A stretch of 64,000 nucleotides of DNA from assembly GCA_029856155.1 (NCBI GenBank), contig JAHQWL010000002.1:1-64000 (forward strand), read 5' to 3'. The notes below the pieces were generated by a model, which did not search any database, had not been told where the DNA came from, and saw only the letters and a program-made list of their open reading frames with translations. This DNA comes from Promethearchaeia archaeon (GTDB lineage Archaea; Asgardarchaeota; Lokiarchaeia; Sigyniarchaeales; SOKP01). Position 1 is the first letter of the stretch, and each line of letters begins with the position of its first letter. The translations under genes and the position numbers were made by a program. Shown one piece after another: positions 38,253-48,496 of the stretch.

Positions 38253-39566
38253 GTGAGATTATTGGCTAAAAATTCTAAAAGTGCTCTAATTATAGGAGCG
38301 GGTATCGCAGGTATTCAAGCAGCTTTAGATTTAGGAGATATGGGAATAAAAGTGTATTTAATTGAAAAAAATCCTGTGATTGGAGGAAAAATGGCACAAT
38401 TGGACAAAACATTTCCTACTTTGGACTGCTCAATTTGTATTTTAGCACCCAAATTATCAGAATGTTATAGGCACCCTAATATTACTTTATATACACTTTC
38501 AGAAGTAAGGAATGTTGAAGGCACCAGTGGGAATTTTACCGTAGATATCTTTAAACGAGCACGTTATGTAAAGGAAGATGCGTGTACGAATTGTGGGGAT
38601 TGTGCTACAATTTGCCCAGTAAGAGGTGTACCAAATTATTTTGATGCTAATTTAAAAAATATGGCAGCAGCATATATTCCGTTTCCTTCAGCAGTTCCTC
38701 CAGTGTATATAATTGATAAAAATACATGTGTTTACTTAAATTATGGCATTTGTGGATTATGCGCTAAAAATTGTGGAGCTGAAGCAATAGATTTCTCACA
38801 AAAAGACGAAACTATAAAGATTGATAATGTTGGTTGTATAATTGTTGCTCCCGGATATGGTTTATTGGAAGATGTCTCTCCGCTTACGAGATATGGCTAT
38901 GGAAAATATAGAAATGTAGTAACCGCCTTAGAATTTGAGCGATTAATTTGTGCGTCTGGTCCATTGGAAGGGCATTTAAAAAGGCTATCTGATGGGAAAG
39001 ACCCTAAAAGACTTGCTTTTCTGCAATGTATAGGATCACGTTCAGATAGAGATAAGAAGTATTGTTCTTCTATATGTTGTATGTATACTACCAAAGCCGC
39101 AATGATTGCGTATGAACACAATAATGATTTAGAATCGTACGTGTTTTACATTGATATGAGAGCAGGAGGAAAGGGGTTTCAAACTTTTCTACGTAGAGGA
39201 GCAAATGATTATGATATTAAATATATTAAAAGTAAAATATCTCATATTGAGGTTGACGAGGATGATAGTCCTATTATAACATATGAAGATTATGATACAT
39301 CTAAAATAAAGCAGATGAAAGTAGATTTAGCGATATTAGCAACATGTATTATCCCGTCCCCTGGGATTGAAAAGTTGGCAGATGTATTAGGAATTGAATT
39401 AAATGATTATAAATTTATAAAAACAGATCCATTTTTACCGGTAGAAACGAGTGTGGAAGGTATCTTCACATGTGGTTGTGCTCGTGAACCGATGGATATT
39501 CCTCGTTCTGTTGCTGAGGCTAGTGGAGCAGCAGCACGAGCAGCGGAAGTAATTAAAGGAGGATAA
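38253..39566 (+). CDS. hdrA: HdrA-like flavoprotein (FAD/ferredoxin half of a split HdrA)
   Basis: GAGIAG, LDKTFPTLDCS, inserted ferredoxin, QCIGSR...YCSSICC and PMDIP. Confidence 0.9.
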   Translation: MRLLAKNSKSALIIGAGIAGIQAALDLGDMGIKVYLIEKNPVIGGKMAQLDKTFPTLDCSICILAPKLSECYRHPNITLYTLSEVRNVEGTSGNFTVDIFKRARYVKEDACTNCGDCATICPVRGVPNYFDANLKNMAAAYIPFPSAVPPVYIIDKNTCVYLNYGICGLCAKNCGAEAIDFSQKDETIKIDNVGCIIVAPGYGLLEDVSPLTRYGYGKYRNVVTALEFERLICASGPLEGHLKRLSDGKDPKRLAFLQCIGSRSDRDKKYCSSICCMYTTKAAMIAYEHNNDLESYVFYIDMRAGGKGFQTFLRRGANDYDIKYIKSKISHIEVDEDDSPIITYEDYDTSKIKQMKVDLAILATCIIPSPGIEKLADVLGIELNDYKFIKTDPFLPVETSVEGIFTCGCAREPMDIPRSVAEASGAAARAAEVIKGG

Positions 39567-39573
39567 AGTGAAA

Positions 39574-41256
39574 ATGAGTGAAAAAGAAGAGGAAGAGGTT
39601 CGAATTGGGGTTTTCGTTTGTAGTTGTGGTACAAATATAGGAGGCTTAATAGACGTTAAAAATGTAGCAGAATATGCTAAAACCTTACCTAATGTTGTAT
39701 TTACTGAAGATAATTTATATACTTGTTCAGAAACAGGATTAGCCCAAATTAAAAAGGGAGTAACAGAACATAACTTAAACCGGGTAGTTGTTGCTTCATG
39801 CACTCCAAGAACTCATGAACCTCTCTTTCGTAATTGTATCAAAGATGTGGGTCTTAACGAGTATCTTTTTCAATTTGTAAATATTCGTGATCAATGTACC
39901 TGGGTTCATATGAAATATCCTGATGAGGCTCTTGAAAAAGCTAAAGAAGTTATTCGAATGGGGGTAGCAAAAGCAGCTAGACTGGAAGCTCTTGAAAATA
40001 TTGTGGTTGATGCAACTCCTACCGCTGTGGTGATTGGAGGGGGTGTTTCAGGAATAACAGCTGCTCTTAGTCTAGCCAATCAAGGATTTGAGACCCATTT
40101 AGTAGAAAAAGATAATCAATTAGGGGGAAAATTGAATGTCCTTAATAAATTATTCCCTACAGGTCAAGATGCCTCTGAACTTTTAGAAAGCTTAAAAAAA
40201 AGGGTTAAAAATAACTCGAATTTAACTGTTTATACTTCAGCAAGAGTAACCAATATTGAAGGATTTGTAGGAAATTTTGAAGTAGAAGTTCAACAAAATA
40301 GTAAAAGTATTGATTTAAAAATAGGGGTTATCATTGTTGCTGTTGGAGCCTCTTTATTTACCCCTACCGGAAAATTTAGTTATGATGGTAATAAAAGAAT
40401 CACCCAGTATGAATTAGAAGAGAAACTTAAGAATAATGAAGTTAATGCTAAAAATATCGTAATGATACAATGTGTAGGAGCTCGTAATGATGAAAGAAAG
40501 TACTGTTCAAACGTTTGTTGTATGAGCGCTTTAAAAAATGCCTTATTAATTAAAGAAAAAAATCCTGATGCGAATATAACAATTTTATTTAGAGATTTAT
40601 ATACTCCGGGAACTTATTATGAAGAATATTATAGAAGAGCAAGGGAAGCGGGAGTTATTTTTCTAAGTTATAAGCTCGAAAAGGAACCTGTTGTAGAGGA
40701 AAATACTATAAAAGTATATAATGAATATATTGGAGAAGAAATAAGAGTACCTTATGATTTATTGGTATTATCTACCCCATTGATTGCTAATGATGATAAT
40801 AAAGAGCTTGCTCAAATGCTTAAGGTACCATTAGAAGAAAATAAATTCTTTTTGGAAGCTCATGTAAAATTAAGACCTATGGACTTTGCAACTGATGGAG
40901 TTTTTATATGTGGTGCAGCAAAATGGCCAGTTGATATTACAGAATCTATAACTCAAGGGTATGCTGCTGCAGGAAGAGCGAGTACAATTATATCCCATGA
41001 TACTATCGAAGTAGAGGGCGCAACATCCTTCCTTCCTGAATATAATAAGGACTTATGTACCGGATGCGAAGTGTGTATCAGTGTGTGTCCCTATAAAGCG
41101 ATAAGTAAGAATGAAGACGATGAGATTGAAATAACTCAAGTTCTTTGTAAAGGTTGCGGGGTTTGCGGAGCTACATGTACCAATCACGCTATAGTCATAA
41201 GGCATTTTACGGATGAACAAATTTTATCTGAAATATATGCGTTTGGAGGTAGTTAA
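39574..41256 (+). CDS. hdrA: HdrA-like flavoprotein (second half of a split HdrA)
   Basis: RIGVFVCSCG, ASCTPRTHE, NIRDQC, GGGVSG, QCVGAR...CSNVCC and C-terminal ferredoxin. Start taken at ATG 39574. Confidence 0.9.
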   Translation: MSEKEEEEVRIGVFVCSCGTNIGGLIDVKNVAEYAKTLPNVVFTEDNLYTCSETGLAQIKKGVTEHNLNRVVVASCTPRTHEPLFRNCIKDVGLNEYLFQFVNIRDQCTWVHMKYPDEALEKAKEVIRMGVAKAARLEALENIVVDATPTAVVIGGGVSGITAALSLANQGFETHLVEKDNQLGGKLNVLNKLFPTGQDASELLESLKKRVKNNSNLTVYTSARVTNIEGFVGNFEVEVQQNSKSIDLKIGVIIVAVGASLFTPTGKFSYDGNKRITQYELEEKLKNNEVNAKNIVMIQCVGARNDERKYCSNVCCMSALKNALLIKEKNPDANITILFRDLYTPGTYYEEYYRRAREAGVIFLSYKLEKEPVVEENTIKVYNEYIGEEIRVPYDLLVLSTPLIANDDNKELAQMLKVPLEENKFFLEAHVKLRPMDFATDGVFICGAAKWPVDITESITQGYAAAGRASTIISHDTIEVEGATSFLPEYNKDLCTGCEVCISVCPYKAISKNEDDEIEITQVLCKGCGVCGATCTNHAIVIRHFTDEQILSEIYAFGGS

Positions 41257-41260
41257 GATT

Positions 41261-42022
41261 ATGGATTTTGAACCGAAAATATTAGGCTTTTTATGTAATT
41301 GGTGTTCTTATGCGGGAGCAGATTTAGCGGGAGTTAGCAGAATGCAGTATCCTCCTAATATACGAGTTATAAGGGTTATGTGTAGTGGTCGAGTAGATCC
41401 CCAATTTATTTTTGAAGCATTTCGAGTTGGTGCTGATGGTGTAATCGTTTTAGGATGTCATTTAGGTGATTGTCATTATCTTGAAGGGAATTATGAAGCC
41501 GAGAAAAAATTTGATATGGTAAAACGATTCCTTAAACTTATTAATTTTGAAGAGAGAGTAAGATTGGATTGGGTATCTGCCTCTGAAGGAGCTAGATATG
41601 CTCAAGTTATTACAGAATTTACAGATCATATTAAAACACTGGGACCCTCTCCAATTGGAGGAAATAATCCCGATAAAGAAATCATTAATAAATTAAAGGC
41701 TATTGAAGAAGCCGCTGCAGGTGATCGAATGAGAGCACTTGTAGGAAGGGAAAGAAAGATTACAGAACAAGAAAATGTATATGGAGAAAAAGTCCCCTTA
41801 GATAAATTTAATACAATTTTTGATTCAGCAATTATGGAAGAATATGAACGACAAAGAATTTTACTTTCATTAGAAGAAGATACTAAGTCTATTAAAAATT
41901 TAGCAGCTGAATTAGAAATCGATCCAAGTCTTGTATTAGAACATATTGTATGTTTAAAGAGTCGAGGTCAAGTTGACTTTGGAAAATTTATGGGAATTAC
42001 TCCAATGTTTTATAAAATGTAA
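41261..42022 (+). CDS. mvhD: MvhD/FlpD [2Fe-2S] subunit with ~110-aa C-terminal extension ending in an HTH-like segment
   Basis: FLCNWCSYAGAD, VMCSGRV and GCHLGDCHY. GGAGGT SD precedes ATG 41261. Confidence 0.9.
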   Translation: MDFEPKILGFLCNWCSYAGADLAGVSRMQYPPNIRVIRVMCSGRVDPQFIFEAFRVGADGVIVLGCHLGDCHYLEGNYEAEKKFDMVKRFLKLINFEERVRLDWVSASEGARYAQVITEFTDHIKTLGPSPIGGNNPDKEIINKLKAIEEAAAGDRMRALVGRERKITEQENVYGEKVPLDKFNTIFDSAIMEEYERQRILLSLEEDTKSIKNLAAELEIDPSLVLEHIVCLKSRGQVDFGKFMGITPMFYKM

Positions 42023-42033
42023 GGAGAGGAAAA

Positions 42034-45000
42034 ATGGAAAAAGTAGGAGCTGTAATGGTTGTAGGCGCGGGTATTGGGGGATCCCAAGCAGCGCTTGATT
42101 TAGGTGATTCAGGCTATAAAGTATACTTGATTGAATCTACCACTAGTATTGGTGGTGTCATGGCCCAATTGGACAAAACTTTTCCCACAAATGACTGTGC
42201 AATGTGTATAGTCAGCCCTAAGTTAGTAGAAACGGGCAGGCACCAGAACATTGATTTGAGCATTAATTGCGAAGTTTTAGATGTTTCGGGAGAAGCAGGC
42301 AATTTCATAGTCAAAGTTAAAAAAAAATCTTTATATATAAATCCAGATATATGTACTGGATGTGGTGTTTGTGGTCGTAATTGTCCAGTTGAGGCAATTG
42401 ATTCATTTAATGAAGGATTAGCAAAATATCATGCCACTTCTGTGAAATATCCTCAAGCAGTACCGCTAGTATATGCAATCAATAAGGATTATTGTATAGG
42501 TTGTGGAATATGTGCTGGAGTGTGTAAAGCTAAAGCGGTTGAATATGATAGAGATGATCAAATTGTCGATATCAATGTGGGTGCCATAATATTAACACCT
42601 GGGTTTGATGAGTTTGTTCCCAAAGCAGCTAATAAATATGGGTATGGGACATTTAAAAATGTAGTCACTAGTATTGAGTTTGAACGTATCCTATCTGCTT
42701 CAGGGCCCTATGCCGGAAAAGTACTCAGACCTTCTGATGGTGATATACCTGAAAAAGTTGCTTTTCTTCAATGTGTAGGGTCTCGAGACTATACAGGAGA
42801 AGGACAACCTTATTGTTCTTCAGTATGCTGCATGTATACTGCAAAAGAAGCTGTAATCGCCCATGAACATCAACATGAAGTAAAACCTACCATCTTTAGC
42901 ATGGATATTAGAGCCTATGGAAAAGATTTTGATAAATATATTATTAGAGCTCAAGAAGAATATGGAATTCGTTATATTAGAAGTAGAATATCTTCGATAA
43001 CCGAAGTTCCTGAGACAAAAGATTTAAGACTTCGTTATGAGACCGAGGATGGGAAAGTGATTGAAGAAATTTATAACATGGTTGTCCTTAGTGTAGGATT
43101 AAATCCTCCAAATGATGCAAAATATCTTGCTGAGAAATTTGGAATTGAATTAAACGAATTTGGTTTCGCAAAAACAGATATTTTTAATCCAGTACAAACC
43201 TCAAAAGCAGGAATTTATGCCTGTGGTGCTTTTTCTCAGCCTAAGGATATCCCTGAAACAGTAACTCAAGCAAGTGCAGCTGCGGGATGTGTAAATCAGC
43301 TTTTATATGAAAAAAGAGGAACATTAATTACAGAAAAGAGTTTACCCCCAGAAATTTTTGTTGCTGGACAACCACCACGTATAGGTGTATTTATCTGCCA
43401 TTGCGGAATTAATATTGGAGGGTATGTAGATGTTCCAGAAGTAACGAGGTATGCAAAAACACTCCCCAATGTGGTTATGTCAGATCGCAATTTATATACA
43501 TGCTCTGCTGATACTCAAGGGATAATAAAAGAAAAAATAGAAGAATATCATCTTAATCGAGTTATAGTTGCATCATGCACACCACGAACTCATGAACCAT
43601 TATTCCAAGAAACGATTAGGGAAGCTGGATTGAATAGATATTTATTTCAAATGGCAAATATCCGCGATCAATGTAGCTGGGTTCATATGAACCAACCAAA
43701 AGAAGCTACTCAGAAAGCGAAGGACCTCGTAAGAATGGCGGTAAATAAAGCAAGGCGATTAGCTCCAATTGACAGAATAAAGCTAGCAGTAACTAAAAAA
43801 GCAATGGTGATTGGTGGGGGAATAACTGGTATGGTTGCCGCGCTTAATATTGCAAGTCAACAAATTGAAACTCACTTAGTGGAGAGAGAAGAAGAATTAG
43901 GAGGTTTTGCTAAATATATATATCACACTCTAGAAGGAGGAGATGTTCAAGCTTATTTAAAAGATCTTATTGAACAGGTTAAATCGAATAAATTCATTCA
44001 TGTTTATACTAATGCTGAATTAGAAACTATAGATGGATATATTGGAAACTTTAAATCCACATTGATTCATGGTCAGAAGAACGAAAGAGCAGAATTTGAT
44101 CATGGCGTTGTTATTGTAGCTACCGGTGCGAATGAATATAAACCAAAAGAATATCTCTATGGTCAAAATAAAAATGTAATTTTACAATCAGAGTTTGAAG
44201 AGATGCTAAACACAGATAGCATTATTAAGAATAAAAAATCAGTGGTTATGATTCAATGTGTTGGCTCAAGAAACGATGAACATCCTTATTGTAGTAAAAT
44301 GTGTTGCGCAGAAGCTATTAAAAATGCCTTATTAGTTAAGAAATTAAATCCATCGACTGAAGTCACTATTCTATTTCGAGATATTAGGACCTATGGATTT
44401 AAGGAACAATATTATAGAAAAGCAAGAGAAGAGGGTGTTATTTTTCTTCGATATGATGAATATTCTCCTCCAGAAATAATTACGGAAAATTCTTCATTAA
44501 ATATAAAAGTTAAAACTGCAAAAGCGGGAAACTTATCAATCCCCGCAGATTTATTAGTATTAAGTGCTGGAATTGTTGCATCTTACGAGGAAAATGAAGA
44601 ACTTGCTAAAATGCTAAAAGTACCTTTAAATGATGATAATTTTTATTTAGAAGCCCATGTTAAGCTTCGTCCAGTAGACTTCGCTACAGAAGGAGTCTTT
44701 GTTGCGGGATTAGCTCACTGTCCAAAAACTATTGAAGACTCAATTTCACAAGCTAATGCTGCTGTTTCAAGAGCATGTACAATTCTCTCTAAAGATGAAA
44801 TTGAAGCAGAAGGAAAAACTGCAGTAATTGATATAGCTCGTTGTATAGGATGCGGTATGTGTGTAGATAATTGTGCGTACAATGCAATAGAGCTACTTGA
44901 AGATAGACGTTTTGGATTAGTAGCATCAATTAATCAAGCATTATGTAAAGGATGCGGAGCTTGTAGTGGGAACTGTCGATGTAGTGCCATCGATATATTA

Positions 45001-45051
45001 GGCTTTACAGCCGAGCAAATATATGAAATGATTACAGGCCGCATAGGCTAA
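42034..45051 (+). CDS. hdrA: Large two-flavin-domain HdrA-like protein (1005 aa)
   Basis: The N-half matches 38253-39566 (LDKTFPTNDC). The C-half matches 39574-41256 (RIGVFICHCG, EAHVKLRP). Confidence 0.92.
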   Translation: MEKVGAVMVVGAGIGGSQAALDLGDSGYKVYLIESTTSIGGVMAQLDKTFPTNDCAMCIVSPKLVETGRHQNIDLSINCEVLDVSGEAGNFIVKVKKKSLYINPDICTGCGVCGRNCPVEAIDSFNEGLAKYHATSVKYPQAVPLVYAINKDYCIGCGICAGVCKAKAVEYDRDDQIVDINVGAIILTPGFDEFVPKAANKYGYGTFKNVVTSIEFERILSASGPYAGKVLRPSDGDIPEKVAFLQCVGSRDYTGEGQPYCSSVCCMYTAKEAVIAHEHQHEVKPTIFSMDIRAYGKDFDKYIIRAQEEYGIRYIRSRISSITEVPETKDLRLRYETEDGKVIEEIYNMVVLSVGLNPPNDAKYLAEKFGIELNEFGFAKTDIFNPVQTSKAGIYACGAFSQPKDIPETVTQASAAAGCVNQLLYEKRGTLITEKSLPPEIFVAGQPPRIGVFICHCGINIGGYVDVPEVTRYAKTLPNVVMSDRNLYTCSADTQGIIKEKIEEYHLNRVIVASCTPRTHEPLFQETIREAGLNRYLFQMANIRDQCSWVHMNQPKEATQKAKDLVRMAVNKARRLAPIDRIKLAVTKKAMVIGGGITGMVAALNIASQQIETHLVEREEELGGFAKYIYHTLEGGDVQAYLKDLIEQVKSNKFIHVYTNAELETIDGYIGNFKSTLIHGQKNERAEFDHGVVIVATGANEYKPKEYLYGQNKNVILQSEFEEMLNTDSIIKNKKSVVMIQCVGSRNDEHPYCSKMCCAEAIKNALLVKKLNPSTEVTILFRDIRTYGFKEQYYRKAREEGVIFLRYDEYSPPEIITENSSLNIKVKTAKAGNLSIPADLLVLSAGIVASYEENEELAKMLKVPLNDDNFYLEAHVKLRPVDFATEGVFVAGLAHCPKTIEDSISQANAAVSRACTILSKDEIEAEGKTAVIDIARCIGCGMCVDNCAYNAIELLEDRRFGLVASINQALCKGCGACSGNCRCSAIDILGFTAEQIYEMITGRIG

Positions 45052-45067
45052 AAGAGGTTTTAAAAAA

Positions 45068-45523
45068 ATGACTGAAACAGTTGTAGAAGATAAAAAAGTT
45101 GAAGAGAATTGGGAACCAAAGATCATCGCATTCTTATGTAACTGGTGTTCTTACGCGGGAGCTGATTTAGCAGGCGTAAGTAGAATTCAATATCCCCCTA
45201 ATATAAGAATTGTTAGAGTCCCATGCAGTGGTAGGGTTAACCCCTATTTCATAATAAAGAGTCTGGTTGATGGTTGGGATGGAGTTTTGATATCGGGTTG
45301 CCATCCTGGAGATTGCCATTATATCAGTGGAAATCTCGTTGCAAGGAGACGATTTGCTATACTACATGAACTTTTAGAGTTCTTTGGAATTGAACCAGGC
45401 AGGGTACAATTTATGTGGGCCTCAGCCGCAGAAGGTGAACGTTTTGCTGTGCTTGTTCGGAAAGCAACAAAGATAGTTAAAGAATTAGGTCCAAATACAA
45501 AATTCCAAAAGGAGTGGTGTTAA
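45068..45523 (+). CDS. mvhD: MvhD/FlpD [2Fe-2S] subunit
   Basis: FLCNWCSYAGAD, VPCSGRV and GCHPGDCHY. Confidence 0.93.
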   Translation: MTETVVEDKKVEENWEPKIIAFLCNWCSYAGADLAGVSRIQYPPNIRIVRVPCSGRVNPYFIIKSLVDGWDGVLISGCHPGDCHYISGNLVARRRFAILHELLEFFGIEPGRVQFMWASAAEGERFAVLVRKATKIVKELGPNTKFQKEWC

Positions 45524-45525
45524 GA

Positions 45526-46536
45526 ATGGGAATAGAAGAAGATAATAAGGAAATTATAAGTTCGATAAGAGAAAATGCTAAGAAATTACTTAGCGAGAAT
45601 CAAGTTGATGTAGTAATTGGCTATTCTGAAGGTACGGTACCTTTAAGTTCTACTCCAATTATTATTAGAAAAGCACAAGATGTAGACAAATTAACATGGA
45701 ATAATTTATGCTATATGAATTTAGCGAGATATTTAGCCCCTTTAATGCCCCAACTTTGTGATTCAGAAGGAAAATCATTGAGAATTGGAATAGTAGCTAA
45801 AGGGTGTGTAGGTAGGGCAATAAACCTTCTAGCTGTGGAGAAACAAGTTGATCTAGATAAGATAAAAATGATAGGAATTAATTGCAATGGAATTGTAAAT
45901 AGAAGTAAAATCGATATAGAAATTGGAGAAAAGGAGATTCTAGATGTTTCTATATCTGGAGATGATATTATCGTAAAAGGGATAGACTGGGAGAAAAAAT
46001 TTCCCTATAATCAATACATTAATGAACTATGTAAGGTGTGTCAAGTAAAATCTCCTTCTGCTACTGACGCAAATTGTATAGGTGAATGTCAAGAACTTGA
46101 ATCCATACATGACGAATTTTCAGATATCGCTGAATTTGAAGCTAAATCTGCTAGGGAAAAATGGGATTATATTAAAGATATTTTGCAAGTATGCACTCTA
46201 TGTTACAGTTGTCGTCAAGCATGTCCTGTATGCTACTGTAATCTTTGTTTTGTTGATCAAAATATGCCTATATGGTTTGGTAAAACCACTGAGTACCAAG
46301 ACATATTTACATTTCATTTAATTCGAGCAACACATTTAGCAGGCAGATGTGTAGCCTGTGGAGCATGCTCATCAGTATGTCCCGTTGGTATAGACTTAAA
46401 TTTTATTACAAGGAAATTGGAGAAAATCGTAAAAGAACGATTTGATTATACTTCAGGACTCGATGCTGAAACTGTTCCTCCAATGATGGATTTTGATATG
46501 AAAGATGCACAAGAATTTATGTTGGAGGAAGATTGA
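45526..46536 (+). CDS. Fe-S protein of Hdr-Flx clusters (FlxC/FdhB-like)
   Basis: KGC, CKVC, CTLCYSCRQACPVCYC and HLAGRCVACGACSSVCP. Start is 45514 (GTG) or 45526 (ATG). Confidence 0.8.
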   Translation: MGIEEDNKEIISSIRENAKKLLSENQVDVVIGYSEGTVPLSSTPIIIRKAQDVDKLTWNNLCYMNLARYLAPLMPQLCDSEGKSLRIGIVAKGCVGRAINLLAVEKQVDLDKIKMIGINCNGIVNRSKIDIEIGEKEILDVSISGDDIIVKGIDWEKKFPYNQYINELCKVCQVKSPSATDANCIGECQELESIHDEFSDIAEFEAKSAREKWDYIKDILQVCTLCYSCRQACPVCYCNLCFVDQNMPIWFGKTTEYQDIFTFHLIRATHLAGRCVACGACSSVCPVGIDLNFITRKLEKIVKERFDYTSGLDAETVPPMMDFDMKDAQEFMLEED

Positions 46537-46552
46537 AAAGGTGAAAGAAAAA

Positions 46553-47614
46553 ATGGATCAAAAAATATTAAAAAAGGATCAAATTGGAAAACTATATAAT
46601 GAATTTGTAGGAGAGTATGATTTTTATGCTCCTATTAATGAAAAGGGAAATATAGTATTTGAAAAGATTGAAAATCCAGAAGATATTGTTTTAGATTACT
46701 TAAATTCAAAGGTTCCACCAAAATCTGTTTTATTTCCTCAAGAGGAAGTGTTATTTGAATATTCTTTAGACGAAAAAGATGTTGAAATAACGGATAGGCA
46801 GAATCTAGATCAAAAGATCTTGATTTTTGGAATTCGACCTTGTGATGCTTATAGTTTTGAATTAATGGCTAATTTCTTTTCATTTCATGGAGATTGGGAA
46901 GATGAGATTTATCTGAAGAAAAAAGAAAATTCAACTCTTATCGGTATCGGTTGTAATACTCCAAGAAGTACATGTTTTTGTACCTCGGTGGGTGGAAATC
47001 CGTTTAAAAAAGAAGATATGGATATTTTCCTAACTGATTTAGGAGAAACGTATTTAGTTGAAGTAATCAGTGATAAAGGTAAAGAGATGGTTCAAAAGTT
47101 ATCATGGCTTTCTGATGCATCTAAGAATGATTTGAAAAAAGCTGAAGAATTAGCAAAAAAAGCCGAAGAATCAATAACTACAATAATAGATATTGATACT
47201 GTTGTAAAAAATTTAGAAACAAATTTTGAACACCCTGTATGGGATGAAATCAGTGAATCATGTATAGGTTGTGGTTCATGTGTTTACTTATGCCCCACCT
47301 GTACATGTTTTGACGTTATTGATGAGACCGATCACTATAATAATCGAGGAAGAAGAATTAGAATCTGGGATACTTGTCAATCTTGTCTCTATACATTAGA
47401 AACGAGTGGTCATAATCCTCGAGATACTAAGATTCAACGCTGTCGAAACCGAATTATGCATAAATTTAGTTATTATCCAACAAATTATGATTTATTAGGA
47501 TGTGTTGGCTGTGGCAGATGTGTTGCTGTTTGCCCTGCTAATAATGACCTTCGAGTAATATTAAACAAAATAAAAAATATAGAAAAAAAGGAGGATGAGA
47601 AAGTAGTTGCCTAA
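46553..47614 (+). CDS. AsrA/sulfhydrogenase-beta-like Fe-S protein (FlxB-like)
   Basis: GIRPCD, TCFC, CIGCGSCVYLCPTCTC, HKF and GCVGCGRCVAVCP. Start set at ATG 46553. Confidence 0.85.
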   Translation: MDQKILKKDQIGKLYNEFVGEYDFYAPINEKGNIVFEKIENPEDIVLDYLNSKVPPKSVLFPQEEVLFEYSLDEKDVEITDRQNLDQKILIFGIRPCDAYSFELMANFFSFHGDWEDEIYLKKKENSTLIGIGCNTPRSTCFCTSVGGNPFKKEDMDIFLTDLGETYLVEVISDKGKEMVQKLSWLSDASKNDLKKAEELAKKAEESITTIIDIDTVVKNLETNFEHPVWDEISESCIGCGSCVYLCPTCTCFDVIDETDHYNNRGRRIRIWDTCQSCLYTLETSGHNPRDTKIQRCRNRIMHKFSYYPTNYDLLGCVGCGRCVAVCPANNDLRVILNKIKNIEKKEDEKVVA

Positions 47615-48446
47615 TCCTTATATTCCTTATCTTACAAAAGTAAAATCGATAGTTTCGGAAAATAAAGTGAATGATATTAAAACTATTGAATTAGAATTTA
47701 AAAAGGAAGAAGAATACAAGAAATTTGACTATATACCAGGACAATTTGCCGAAATTAGTTTAATAGGGAGAGGGGAATGTCCAATAGGAATTGCCTCATC
47801 ACCAACAGAAGAAGGAACCCTCAAATTCACCATTAAAAAGATGGGAACGGTAACTAGTAGGTTTCATAACTGTGAAATTGGAGACGTTGTAGGAGTGAGG
47901 GGCCCTTGTGGAAATGGCTGGCCAGTTGACGATATGAAAGGCAAAAATATTGTAGTCATTGGAGGAGGATTTGCATTCTCCACTCTAAGATCATTAGTAA
48001 TTTATTTACTAGATGAGAAACATCGAAAAGATTATGGGGATATTACCGTAATTTATGGAAACCGTGACCCTGGAGAAGTATTATATCAAGATATATTAGA
48101 AGAATGGAAAAAACGAGACGATATAAAGGTAGTTTTAACTATTGACCGTGAAGCCGAAGGATGGACTGAAGAGGTAGGATTTGTTGCACCTATCGTTAAA
48201 AAGGTTGCTCCAAGTTCTGATAACGCTGTTGCGGTTATCTGTGGACCACCAATAATGATTAAAACAACGATCGCAGTTATGGAAGAACTAAGTTGGAAAG
48301 ATGAACAAATCTTAAATAGTTTAGAAATGCGAATGAAGTGCGGAATTGGTAAATGTGGAAGGTGTAATATAGGTAATAAATTTGTTTGTGTTGATGGTCC
48401 TGTCTTTTCTCTTGCTGAACTCAAAAAAATGCCCAATGAATATTAA
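47607..48446 (+). CDS. FAD/NAD(P)-binding AsrB/sulfhydrogenase-gamma-like subunit (FlxA-like)
   Basis: PGQF, RGPCGNG, GGG, CGPPIM and MKCGIGKCGRC...VCVDGP. TTG start. Confidence 0.9.
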   Translation: MPNPYIPYLTKVKSIVSENKVNDIKTIELEFKKEEEYKKFDYIPGQFAEISLIGRGECPIGIASSPTEEGTLKFTIKKMGTVTSRFHNCEIGDVVGVRGPCGNGWPVDDMKGKNIVVIGGGFAFSTLRSLVIYLLDEKHRKDYGDITVIYGNRDPGEVLYQDILEEWKKRDDIKVVLTIDREAEGWTEEVGFVAPIVKKVAPSSDNAVAVICGPPIMIKTTIAVMEELSWKDEQILNSLEMRMKCGIGKCGRCNIGNKFVCVDGPVFSLAELKKMPNEY

Positions 48447-48496
48447 ATTAACTCTTATAATAATTTTTTAACATAAATAGAAAATAGGTAAAAAAA

